From the NCBI GenBank assembly GCA_963749915.1, contig CAVVOP010000020.1, positions 1-64,000 on the forward strand: DNA of 64,000 nucleotides, read 5' to 3'. The notes beneath the pieces are model-generated. The model was not told where the DNA came from, did no database searches, and was given only the letters and a program-made list of their open reading frames with translations. Below are positions 29,156-38,373 of the stretch, in pieces. Numbering within the stretch: the stretch's first letter is position 1; every line of letters begins with the position of its first letter. The translations under genes and the position numbers were made by a program. This stretch comes from an uncultured cyanobacterium (GTDB taxonomy: Bacteria > Cyanobacteriota > Cyanobacteriia > Cyanobacteriales > Cyanobacteriaceae).

Positions 29156-30478
29156 ATGAATTGGCACCAATTACTATTTAGAATTTTAGCAATTTTTCTG
29201 TTAATTTCTATTAATGCTTTTTTCGTAACCGCTGAATTTGCCATTGTTTCCGTAAGAAGATCTCGTATTGATCATTTAGTCATCGGTGGAGATATACCTG
29301 CTCAAACTGTACAGTCTTTACAAAAAAGTTTGGATAGGTTACTTTCGAGTACCCAATTAGGTATCACCCTTTCTAGTCTAGCACTGGGTTGGATTGGAGA
29401 AGGTGCCCTGGGGATTTCTCTACAATATCTGGTTTCTTTTTTACCTTTCCCCGAAATAATATTAGATATTTTAACTCATTCTATTTCCATCCCCTTAGCC
29501 TTTTTCTTGCTAGTATATTTACAAATTGTTTTGGGGGAACTTTGTCCGAAATCTTTAGCTTTATTATATCCTGAACAATTAGCTCGTTTTTTAGCACCTC
29601 CTGTCAGTGTTATTGGTAATATTTTTAAGCCTTTTATCGATATTCTCAATCAGTCAACTCGTTGTTTATTAAAGTTAATTGGGGTTGAATATACAGGGCA
29701 AGGTTGGCATAAACAAGTAACTCCTGAAGAATTACAGTTAATCATAAAAACAGAGAGAGATTCATCAGGATTAGAAGCAGAAGAAAGAGAATTATTGAGT
29801 AATGTTTTTGAATTTGGAGACGTAGAAGCTTCAGAAGTAATGACTCCGAGGGTGAATATCAAAGCCCTAGATTTATCGGCCACCTATCAAGATTTATGGT
29901 TAGAAGTAGCACAAACCAAACACTCTCGTTATCCCGTCATCGGCGAGTCTTTAGACGATATTCGAGGTATAGTTGATTTTAAGGATTGCATCTTTACTTT
30001 AGCGGAAAATCCTGATGGCATTAATACCCCCTTAGAAGATTTTGTTAAACCTGCCCGTTTTCTGTCGGAATCCACTTCTTTGAGTGAATTATTAACGATA
30101 ATGCAACAATCTCGCCTCAAAATGGTAATTATCGTTGATGAATATGGCGGCACATCAGGATTAGTCACGATGCAAGATTTAATCAATGAAATTTTGGGAG
30201 GAGATGACAGTCAATTTACCGACGATGATTCCCACATTACTATTATTGATGAACTAAATTTTATTGTCCCTGCACAGATTAATTTAGAGGAATTAAACGA
30301 TTTATTAGATTTTAATTTGCCTTTAATTGAAGAGTATCAAACTTTAGGAGGTTTCTTGGTTTATCATTGGCAAAAAATACCAAAACAGTATGAGGTTTTC
30401 AACTTTGATCATTATCAGTTCACCGTAATGGATGTAGATGGTCCTCGTATTAATAAAATAAAAATTACTATTCAATAA
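29156..30478 (+). CDS. Hemolysin-family CNNM/CBS/CorC domain protein
   Basis: NAFFVTAEFA, QLGITLSSLALGW, GELCPK, VMTPR, VDEYGGTSGLVT. Confidence 0.92.
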   Translation: MNWHQLLFRILAIFLLISINAFFVTAEFAIVSVRRSRIDHLVIGGDIPAQTVQSLQKSLDRLLSSTQLGITLSSLALGWIGEGALGISLQYLVSFLPFPEIILDILTHSISIPLAFFLLVYLQIVLGELCPKSLALLYPEQLARFLAPPVSVIGNIFKPFIDILNQSTRCLLKLIGVEYTGQGWHKQVTPEELQLIIKTERDSSGLEAEERELLSNVFEFGDVEASEVMTPRVNIKALDLSATYQDLWLEVAQTKHSRYPVIGESLDDIRGIVDFKDCIFTLAENPDGINTPLEDFVKPARFLSESTSLSELLTIMQQSRLKMVIIVDEYGGTSGLVTMQDLINEILGGDDSQFTDDDSHITIIDELNFIVPAQINLEELNDLLDFNLPLIEEYQTLGGFLVYHWQKIPKQYEVFNFDHYQFTVMDVDGPRINKIKITIQ

Positions 30479-30569
30479 TAATAGTATGCCCTTGAATTCG
30501 CTGATCCTTCTGGTGGGGGTAGGGCCAGAGTTGTAGTAAGCATAATAAATACCACTAAAATAGGAAAAT

Positions 30570-31682
30570 ATGATTAACAAGAAAAAAATTGGTGTTGCCA
30601 TCGCCGGTACTGGTTTTGGAAGACAAATTCATTTACCTGCTTTTCAAATTCACCCTCGCACTGAGGTTATGGCGATTTATCATCGAGATTTAGATAAGGC
30701 TAAAGCCATCGCCCAAGAATATAATATTCCCCATGGTGGTGATAATTTAGCTCATATTTGCTCTTTATCCGACATAGATGTGGTTAGTATCTCCACACCG
30801 CCTTTTTTACATTACGATATGGCTAAAATTACCCTTGAAAATGATAAACATATCCTCCTCGAAAAACCCCTTAATCTCAATGCTAATGAAACCAGAAAGT
30901 TATACCAATTAGCCCAAAAAAAAGGTAAAATTGCCATCGCTGATTTTGAATTTCGGTTTATTCCTGCATGGCAACTGTTAAAAGAGTATTTAGTGCAAGA
31001 GTATGTCGGTGATATTCGCTTAATCAAAATAGATTGGTTAGTGGCTTCCCGCGCAAATCCCGATAGGCCATGGAATTGGTATTCCGTCAAGGAAAAGGGC
31101 GGAGGTGTATTAGGTGCCATCGGCTCTCATGTTTTCGATTATATTAATTGGTTATTCGGGGAAGTAGATACCATTTGTGCTTATTTGAGCTGTGGGATCG
31201 CACAACGTCCAGATCCCTTGTCCCACAACGAATTAAAGCCTGTCACTGCCGATGATACCTGTTTAATCACCCTCGAACTCAAAAACGGCACACCAGTGCA
31301 AATTAACCTTAGTTCCGTCACTTATCAAGGTAGAGGACATTGGTTAGAAATTTATGGAGAAAAAGGTACTTTAGTATTAGGAAGTAACAATCTCAAGGAC
31401 TATGTACACGGTTTCAAATTATACGCCTCTAACGGTGATAAACCCTTAACGGAGGTAGAAATTCCCAAAAGATTAGCCTTTCCCCAAGTTTATACCGATG
31501 GCAGATTAGCACCTTTTATTCGAGTGGTGGATCAATTAGTCAATTCTATTGATACAAATACCAACTTAGCACCATCTTTAAAAGAAGGATTATATTCACA
31601 ATTGTTAATGGATTTAACTCATCAATCCCACCAACAAAAACAACGGTTAAAAGTTGTCCCCCAGTCCTCAATTTTGATTTGA
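30570..31682 (+). CDS. Gfo/Idh/MocA family oxidoreductase
   Basis: GTGFG, HILLEKP, GGGVLGAIGSH. Confidence 0.9.
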   Translation: MINKKKIGVAIAGTGFGRQIHLPAFQIHPRTEVMAIYHRDLDKAKAIAQEYNIPHGGDNLAHICSLSDIDVVSISTPPFLHYDMAKITLENDKHILLEKPLNLNANETRKLYQLAQKKGKIAIADFEFRFIPAWQLLKEYLVQEYVGDIRLIKIDWLVASRANPDRPWNWYSVKEKGGGVLGAIGSHVFDYINWLFGEVDTICAYLSCGIAQRPDPLSHNELKPVTADDTCLITLELKNGTPVQINLSSVTYQGRGHWLEIYGEKGTLVLGSNNLKDYVHGFKLYASNGDKPLTEVEIPKRLAFPQVYTDGRLAPFIRVVDQLVNSIDTNTNLAPSLKEGLYSQLLMDLTHQSHQQKQRLKVVPQSSILI

Positions 31683-31740
31683 CACTCTTTCCATTAACCT
31701 GGATTATTCACCAAAGGCTAAAACCCTCATTATGAACTAA

Positions 31741-31951
31741 CTTCAAAAAACACTCTGTTTTTTGAAGCGATTGCTAGGATGTCAATACTGCTAGGGTTTT
31801 GGAAAATATAATTGTCGACGGTGGTGAGGCAGGAGGCAGGAGGTTTGATTGAATGGTGAGAACAAAAATTGGATGCTCCCTGTGCTGCTTTACCCAATTG
31901 GGTACAAACCCCCCACTGATTCCCTCCTGCCTCCTTTTGACTTTTCCCTCA
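31741..31951. repeat. Hairpin plus MITE-like inverted repeats downstream of the RTX gene
   Basis: Perfect stem CTTCAAAAAACA-CTC-TGTTTTTTGAAG (31741-31767); inverted pair GAGGCAGGAGG ... CCTCCTGCCTC. Confidence 0.45.
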
Positions 31952-31991
31952 CAGTAACCTTTTCGGCACGCTTGCGAACAGTATTGTCCCC

Positions 31992-34073
31992 CTATACGAA
32001 CACAAACTGAGTTATTTTGTTGAGGTTTAATTCCCCAAAAGCACTGCCTGCGGTAACTCCTTCAACAAGACCAATCAGATCGTCATCTAACGGATTGATG
32101 GTTGAGTTTGTGGCATAAATACCCACTCCCATAAATCCTCCGACATCAACATTATTTGCTAACCGATAGTCAGATGCTGACCCTCTGAGCTGAATGCGAT
32201 CAACCTGAGTTGCTGGTTCTCCCACAACATCTCTGAGCTCAAAATCAGTAATTCGAGCGTAATCATCATTGCCCGCAGAGTCATAGAGAACTGAGCCAAC
32301 CGTGCCAAGTACAAAGATATCTTGATCGGCAAAACTACCGCCGGTCAACACATCGAAGTCTCCACCGCCATTCAAAAAGTCGTTGCCATCGCCACCATAA
32401 AGTCTATCATTACCATTACCACCATAAAGGGTATCATTGCCAGCTTGTCCGTAGAGACGATCATTGCCATCGCCACCATAAAGTCTGTCATCGTCATTAC
32501 CACCATAAAGTCTGTCATTGCCAGCTTGTCCGTAGAGACGATTATTGCCATTGCCACCATAAAGTCTGTCATTGCCGGCTTCCCCATAAAGCCAGTCGTT
32601 GCCATTGTCTCCATAAAGGGTATCATAGCCATTTCCCCCATAAAGAGTATCATAGCCATTCCCTCCATAAAGGTTATCACGGCCATCACCCCCATAAAGA
32701 ATATCATCGTTATCACCACCATAAACGGTATCGTTGCCGCTGCTTCCGTAGATGGAGTCGTTGCCATTGTCACCATTGAGGACGTCCCCCACGCTAGATC
32801 CGCCGATGTTAGCTGCGGTATAGGCATAAAGGCGATCGTTGCCATTGCCACCGTTGAGGGTGTCGCTGCCGTAGCCCCCCTGGAGGAGGTCGTTGCCGTC
32901 ACCACCATTAACCAGATCATTGTCGTTGCCACCATTAGCGGTGTCGTTGCCGCTGCTTCCGTAGATGGAGTCGTTGCCATTGTCGCCATTGAGGACGTCC
33001 CCCACGCTAGATCCGCCGATGTTGGCTGCGGTATAGGCATAAAGGCGATCGTTGCCATTGCCACCGTTGAGGGTGTCGCTGTTGAAGCCCCCCTGGAGGA
33101 GGTCGTTGCCGTCACCACCATTAACCAGATCATTGTCGTTGCCACCATTAGCGGTGTCGTTGCCGCTGCTTCCGTAGATGGAGTCGTTGCCATTGTCGCC
33201 ATTGAGGACGTCCCCCACGCTAGATCCGCCGATGTTAGCTGCGGTATAGGCATAAAGGCGATCGTTGCCATTGCCACCGTTGAGGGTGTCGCTGTTGAAG
33301 CCCCCCTGGAGGAGGTCGTTGCCGTCACCACCATTAACGAGATCATCGCCGTTGCCACCATTAGCGGTGTCGTTGCCGCTGCTTCCGTAGATGGAGTCGT
33401 TGCCATTGTCGCCATTGAGGACGTCCCCCACGCTAGATCCGCCGATGTTAGCTGCGGTATAGGCATAAAGGCGATCGTTGCCATTGCCACCGTTGAGGGT
33501 GTCGCTGCCGTAGCCCCCCTGGAGGAGGTCGTTGCCGTCACCACCATTAACCAGATCATCGTCGTTGCCACCATTAGCGGTGTCATTGCCGCTGCTTCCG
33601 TAGATGGAGTCGTTGCCATTGTCGCCATTGAGGACGTCCCCCACGCTAGATCCGCCGATGTTAGCTGCGGTATAGGCATAAAGGCGATCGTTGCCATTGC
33701 CACCGTTGAGGGTGTCGCTGCCGTAGCCCCCCTGGAGGAGGTCGTTGCCGTCACCACCATTAACCAGATCATTGTCGTTGCCACCATTAGCGGTGTCATT
33801 GCCGCTGCTTCCGTAGATGGAGTCGTTGCCGCTACCACCGTAGAGACGATCATTGCCGGCCTCCCCATAAAGCCAGTCGTTGCCGGCTTCCCCATAAAGC
33901 CAGTCGTTGCCATCTTTTCCATAGAGACTATCATTCCCGTCACCACCAGTAAGAGTATCTGCATTACCTGTACCGGCTAAAGATAGATTTGCCTCTGGGC
34001 TGGCGTTTAAAGGTAAAGGGGCTTTCAGTAACAATATTTCAGCTTGAAGGATCCCAGGGTTTAGTTTAGTCAT
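31992..34073 (-). CDS. RTX-repeat Ca2+-binding protein
   Basis: Dozens of GGxGxDxLx nonapeptides; C-terminal DIFVLG...DYARITDF..DRIQL domain; GGAG RBS upstream. Confidence 0.92.
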   Translation of the reverse strand: MTKLNPGILQAEILLLKAPLPLNASPEANLSLAGTGNADTLTGGDGNDSLYGKDGNDWLYGEAGNDWLYGEAGNDRLYGGSGNDSIYGSSGNDTANGGNDNDLVNGGDGNDLLQGGYGSDTLNGGNGNDRLYAYTAANIGGSSVGDVLNGDNGNDSIYGSSGNDTANGGNDDDLVNGGDGNDLLQGGYGSDTLNGGNGNDRLYAYTAANIGGSSVGDVLNGDNGNDSIYGSSGNDTANGGNGDDLVNGGDGNDLLQGGFNSDTLNGGNGNDRLYAYTAANIGGSSVGDVLNGDNGNDSIYGSSGNDTANGGNDNDLVNGGDGNDLLQGGFNSDTLNGGNGNDRLYAYTAANIGGSSVGDVLNGDNGNDSIYGSSGNDTANGGNDNDLVNGGDGNDLLQGGYGSDTLNGGNGNDRLYAYTAANIGGSSVGDVLNGDNGNDSIYGSSGNDTVYGGDNDDILYGGDGRDNLYGGNGYDTLYGGNGYDTLYGDNGNDWLYGEAGNDRLYGGNGNNRLYGQAGNDRLYGGNDDDRLYGGDGNDRLYGQAGNDTLYGGNGNDRLYGGDGNDFLNGGGDFDVLTGGSFADQDIFVLGTVGSVLYDSAGNDDYARITDFELRDVVGEPATQVDRIQLRGSASDYRLANNVDVGGFMGVGIYATNSTINPLDDDLIGLVEGVTAGSAFGELNLNKITQFVFV
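32730..33830 (-). repeat. Five near-identical 213-bp (71-codon) tandem repeats plus a partial unit inside the RTX gene (boundaries approximate)
   Basis: GAGGACGTCCCCCACGCTAGATCC recurs at 32778, 32991, 33204, 33417 and 33630. Confidence 0.95.
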
Positions 34074-34285
34074 AAAATTCTGTCTCCATGATTTATTTAC
34101 TAAAGGATGAATCAGCTAAAATTAGCTTATGCACTTAAGTGTTTATTCTTAAAAGTATAGAGAGTTTTTTTAAAAAAAAGTAAGTTTATTTGTTCTCTTT
34201 ACATAATCTTTACAAATATTAAAACTTTATATGATCTTTATATGAAGAGCTTTACAAAAAAATATGACTGGATTTTTTTAGATTG

Positions 34286-34331
34286 TATTTACTTAGTTAA
34301 ATATATTTAAATATATTTAACTAAGTAAATA
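34286..34331. repeat. Perfect 46-bp palindrome
   Basis: TATTTACTTAGTTAAATATATTTAAATATATTTAACTAAGTAAATA equals its own reverse complement. Confidence 0.9.
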
Positions 34332-34604
34332 TTTAACTAAATAAATTTACGCAAAAATGGAATTAAGGATTTTTCTATCTCACATTACTTCATATTGAAT
34401 TATGCAAAGAAAGTAGGACAAAACGGGGCGAAGGCAGTCCGGATGAAAAAATTTCACCATCAGAGATGAAAGTGGTGACTTTCAAGTCAGGAGACAGGGG
34501 CAAAAGGGAAAATTTTGCCCTGTAAATAAAGGTTAGAAACCTATCAGGGTAGGGATTTCAGCCTTTAATCCTAAATAATTGTGTTTGTTAAGATGTTTTA
34601 TTAA

Positions 34605-35546
34605 CTACAAAGAATATACATCTAGAAAAAAACAATCCCAAACTAGGCGAGGTTGTACATAACGAAGTAAAAATTTTTTAACCTTTTCCAATCCCTCTAT
34701 TAATTTTATTTTTCGGTATTTATCCCAATATAAATACTGCAAATAATCTGCTAACCAAATTTGATTTTCTAGTTCTAAATCCTGAGTAATTTCTTTAGAT
34801 AAAATTAAACTATCCACGGCATTGTCAGGTAATGTAGCTAATTTTGAGAGCAAATCTGAGGAAATTTCTCTTAACTTTTGCCAATCAGCGATCGCTTTTC
34901 CCGGACATCCTTGAGATAATTGAATTAACTGAGGATAATCTAAAACTTGTGCCGCATCTTGTCGATATAAAACTAATCGTAAATGTTCTTCACTGAGTCG
35001 AGAAAAAGGGATAATTTGACACCGAGAAACTAAAGTTGATAAAATCGAATCGATATTAGGTGCAATTAAAATAATAGTAGCTTGTCCAGGTTCTTCTAAG
35101 GTTTTCAATAAAGCATTTCCTGCCGGTTCTGCCATTAATTCTGCCGATTCAATCACCACGATGGAGCGATCGCATTTTAACGGTGGACGGGCTAAAAATT
35201 GACTAATTTCCCTAATTTGTTCGATTCTAATTTGCGGGGCTGTTTTCCGTTTTAAGCCTTTTTCCATTGCTTCTTTAGCAGTTAATAATGTTCCTTTATT
35301 ATTGTAAGTTGGTTCTATCCATAAAAAATCAGGATTATTCCCTGCATATAATTTTTTACAAGCTGAGGCGTAATTTTCTGTGGGAGAAATTATTAACATT
35401 TCCGTAAAACACTTGGCCGCCAATGCTTTGCCAATGCCATCCGCCCCGACAAATAAATAAGCAGGTGCAATACGATTTTTGGCGACCGCCAGTTCTAATA
35501 ATTCAATAGCGAGAGGTTGTCCAATTAACTTAGCCAGTGGCTTCAT
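34605..35546 (-). CDS. holB: DNA polymerase III subunit delta'
   Basis: APAYLFVGADGIGK, QIRIEQIREI, GNALLKTLEEP, TLVSRCQ. Confidence 0.93.
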   Translation of the reverse strand: MKPLAKLIGQPLAIELLELAVAKNRIAPAYLFVGADGIGKALAAKCFTEMLIISPTENYASACKKLYAGNNPDFLWIEPTYNNKGTLLTAKEAMEKGLKRKTAPQIRIEQIREISQFLARPPLKCDRSIVVIESAELMAEPAGNALLKTLEEPGQATIILIAPNIDSILSTLVSRCQIIPFSRLSEEHLRLVLYRQDAAQVLDYPQLIQLSQGCPGKAIADWQKLREISSDLLSKLATLPDNAVDSLILSKEITQDLELENQIWLADYLQYLYWDKYRKIKLIEGLEKVKKFLLRYVQPRLVWDCFFLDVYSL

Positions 35547-35622
35547 AGCAATGAAGAATTAAGATTTTAAATTTAGAAGTATAAAGTATAAAATAAAAAG
35601 AATAGTAAAAGGCACTGAAAAT

Positions 35623-36192
35623 ATGGACGATAACCAGTATTTGACGACTAACCCACAAGAAGAATCATCCCTTGTAGAAAGAGTCGCCCAATTAGAAAAA
35701 CGATTGGATGAAGCATTAATGATCATCGCTGATATTTATCGTTATGGAAGACTCAGAGATTTACTCGCCGCCGGCAAATGGAAAGAAGCAGATTTAGAAA
35801 CCACTAAAGTAATGATTAACATAACGGGTAAAGCCGAATTAGATGAAATAACTCCTGAGGACATTCAAAAATTCCCCTGTAATGACATTATGGTAATTGA
35901 CCAGCTTTGGAGAAAATATAGTAATAACCATTTTGGATTTAGTCTCCAATTGAGCATTTATCAAAGTGTTGGTGGTAGTATGGATACCATTAGGGCCCAA
36001 AAAATCGAATTTTTACAACGTACTAGCGAAAAGATAGGTTGGCGTAAAGATGGCAAAAGAGTTGAACCTGATGACTTCGATTTTTCCCTTGAGGCATCTG
36101 AAGGTGCGCTTCCGGGAAATTGGTGGATGTCTCCCTATGGGGCAAAAATGGCTAATTTTTTTCTTGGTCGTTTATTGACTTGTGAAATTTAA
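35623..36192 (+). CDS. GUN4-domain protein with N-terminal coiled coil
   Basis: LRDLLAAGKWKEADLET, FPCNDIMVIDQLWRKYSNNHFGFSLQ. Confidence 0.85.
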   Translation: MDDNQYLTTNPQEESSLVERVAQLEKRLDEALMIIADIYRYGRLRDLLAAGKWKEADLETTKVMINITGKAELDEITPEDIQKFPCNDIMVIDQLWRKYSNNHFGFSLQLSIYQSVGGSMDTIRAQKIEFLQRTSEKIGWRKDGKRVEPDDFDFSLEASEGALPGNWWMSPYGAKMANFFLGRLLTCEI

Positions 36193-36213
36193 TTAACTTA
36201 GGTTTTGGCTAAG

Positions 36214-38118
36214 TTAAATAGATGCCTTTGTTAAACCAGAAATCGGTATTTCCTCCACTTCCGGCAACTTATCCAAACTAAAACGAGAAGATTGAAAATT
36301 GCCAGATAAACGCTTAAGCAATTCAGGACGAGAATCATGTAATAAATAAATAACTTCATCCCCTATTTTCCATTCTTCCCCTGCCGCCAATATTTGCAAT
36401 TTACCCTCTCTTTGCACCAATAAAGGTAATAATTCCCCAGTGTTAATCATCGTTTGTAGGTGAATTTGTTGTAAATCGATGGCATTGGGTTTAATAGTCG
36501 TTTTACCTAACTTAAAATGCCCATCTGTTAGATATTGATTCCATGTTTTAATGGAAAATTGGGACATAAAAGCTTGATTTATTTTTTGTTTATTGGTTTT
36601 GATATTATTGTCATCATTATGGGGAAAAACCGCTAAAACTTTTGGCAGTGCAAATTCTTCTGATGCCCGCTGTGCAATCATTAAGTTAACATTGCCGTTA
36701 TTAGTAAGAGTTATTAAAGTGCCAAAAGATTCGATTTGAGCTTCCTCTAAGACTTGGTGATCTAATGCACTACTTTCAACGACTGGCAAGTTATCTTTTT
36801 TTGCTTTTTCACAAGCGTCTTTATCGGTATCAATTAAAACAACGGATTCTCCTGCGGCTATAAATAAACTGGCAATTAAACGCCCTAAAGGATTACAGCC
36901 AACAATCATTGCCCCCGTAGTCTGGGCAGAGGTTATCTTGAGCAAATTCGCTACCGCACCGGCACTTAAACCTTGGATAAATACTGTCATCATAATAGTT
37001 AAAAACACTAATCCCTTAATAGAATCGCCGCCATTAATACCATTTTGAGTGAGTAAAATAGAGAATAAAGAAGCTACAGAAGCTGAAACTATGCCACGAG
37101 GTGCAATCCACGATAAAAAACATTTTTGTCGCCAATTCATCCCATTTCCCCAAGTGCAGATTAAAATATTCAAGGGGCGAACTATCAACATTAAAACCAC
37201 AACAGTCAACACGCTACCCCAACCAAGGGCGTAAATACTGGCAATGGATAAATCTGCCGCTAAGAGAATAAACAAAACCGAGACCCCTAATACCGTTAAT
37301 TGTCCTTTGAAACGTAATAATAATCTTTCTTCAGGAATACTAAATGCTCTTAAGACAATACCAGCCATAACTGTAGCCATTAACCCTGACTCACTGATAA
37401 TGGTTTGTGCTAGTCCAAATGTACCCCAAACCCCGGCCAATACCACCAAATTTTTTAAGTCCTCAGCAACAAAATGGGCTTTTTTTTGAAATGTGCCTAG
37501 TAACCAACCACTGAGACCGCCAATAATAGCACCAACACCTAAACGAAATAATAAGCCAGAAATAATTTCCCAGGAATAAGCAGATTTATTGAGAATGGTA
37601 TCTAACACCACCACTGCTAAAATTGCCCCCACAGGATCAATTAAAACCCCTTCCCCTTCAAGTAAAGTTGCCACTCTCCTATCTACCGCTACCTGTTTTA
37701 ATAATGGTCCTACTACTGTTGGTCCTGTTACTACCACCAAAGATGCGTATAAAAAAGCAATTTGCCAGGGAAATTCTCCCAACCAATGTGCCGCCATCCC
37801 ACCCCCTAAAAAGGTGATCAAAGTGCCGATGGTAACTAAATTGCGAATACTTCCTGACACTTGTCCCAATTTTTTTAATTCCAGATTTAATCCTCCTTCA
37901 AAAAGGATAATTGCCACCGCTAATGCCACTAAAACTTCTAATCCTGATCCCAACAATTCTGGATGTAATATCTCGAATCCGTCTCTACCTAAGGCAATCC
38001 CAAAAATGAGCAAAAAAACAATACTGGGTATTTTTAAATATTCTCCTAATACTTGAGCGCTAATTCCCGCAACAACGGTTATGACAATCTGTATGGTAAG
38101 CGCAAATGATCCATCCAT
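36214..38118 (-). CDS. CPA1-type Na+/H+ antiporter with C-terminal TrkA-N domain
   Basis: VAIILFEGGL, TGPTVVGPLL, LEGEGVLIDP, APRGIVSAS. Confidence 0.9.
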   Translation of the reverse strand: MDGSFALTIQIVITVVAGISAQVLGEYLKIPSIVFLLIFGIALGRDGFEILHPELLGSGLEVLVALAVAIILFEGGLNLELKKLGQVSGSIRNLVTIGTLITFLGGGMAAHWLGEFPWQIAFLYASLVVVTGPTVVGPLLKQVAVDRRVATLLEGEGVLIDPVGAILAVVVLDTILNKSAYSWEIISGLLFRLGVGAIIGGLSGWLLGTFQKKAHFVAEDLKNLVVLAGVWGTFGLAQTIISESGLMATVMAGIVLRAFSIPEERLLLRFKGQLTVLGVSVLFILLAADLSIASIYALGWGSVLTVVVLMLIVRPLNILICTWGNGMNWRQKCFLSWIAPRGIVSASVASLFSILLTQNGINGGDSIKGLVFLTIMMTVFIQGLSAGAVANLLKITSAQTTGAMIVGCNPLGRLIASLFIAAGESVVLIDTDKDACEKAKKDNLPVVESSALDHQVLEEAQIESFGTLITLTNNGNVNLMIAQRASEEFALPKVLAVFPHNDDNNIKTNKQKINQAFMSQFSIKTWNQYLTDGHFKLGKTTIKPNAIDLQQIHLQTMINTGELLPLLVQREGKLQILAAGEEWKIGDEVIYLLHDSRPELLKRLSGNFQSSRFSLDKLPEVEEIPISGLTKASI

Positions 38119-38373
38119 GATGATTTTGAATTTAGGTTAGAGTTGTATTGGCTATAATAACAGTCTGTTTTGAACGTAACTATGGCTGAGCAAATAAAAA
38201 CATCTATATATTAACCTATTTACTTATAGTAGTTTACTTATAGTAGTTAGTTATCGGTAATCAACAATCCACTTTTTTCTATCCCTTTTATTGTCCTGAC
38301 TTGATATTTAATCTGTGGTTTATGGCAGCAAAAAGTGCTGTAATAGACAATTATTAATGATCATTTTTATATT

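Noticed and set aside
32730..33830. Regular repeats as a possible CRISPR array
   Set aside because: Units are 213 bp, in frame and contiguous, with no unique spacers; no cas genes in the window.
32322..33980. 552-aa (+) and 530-aa (-) ORFs overlapping the RTX gene
   Set aside because: Shadow frames kept open by the GC-rich, Gly/Asn/Asp-biased repeat; low-complexity products with no recognisable domain.
37049..38056. Short antisense ORFs inside the antiporter gene, and similar ones inside gyrA, hhoA, wzt and psbA
   Set aside because: Fully overlapped by well-supported genes on the other strand or frame, with no motifs of their own.
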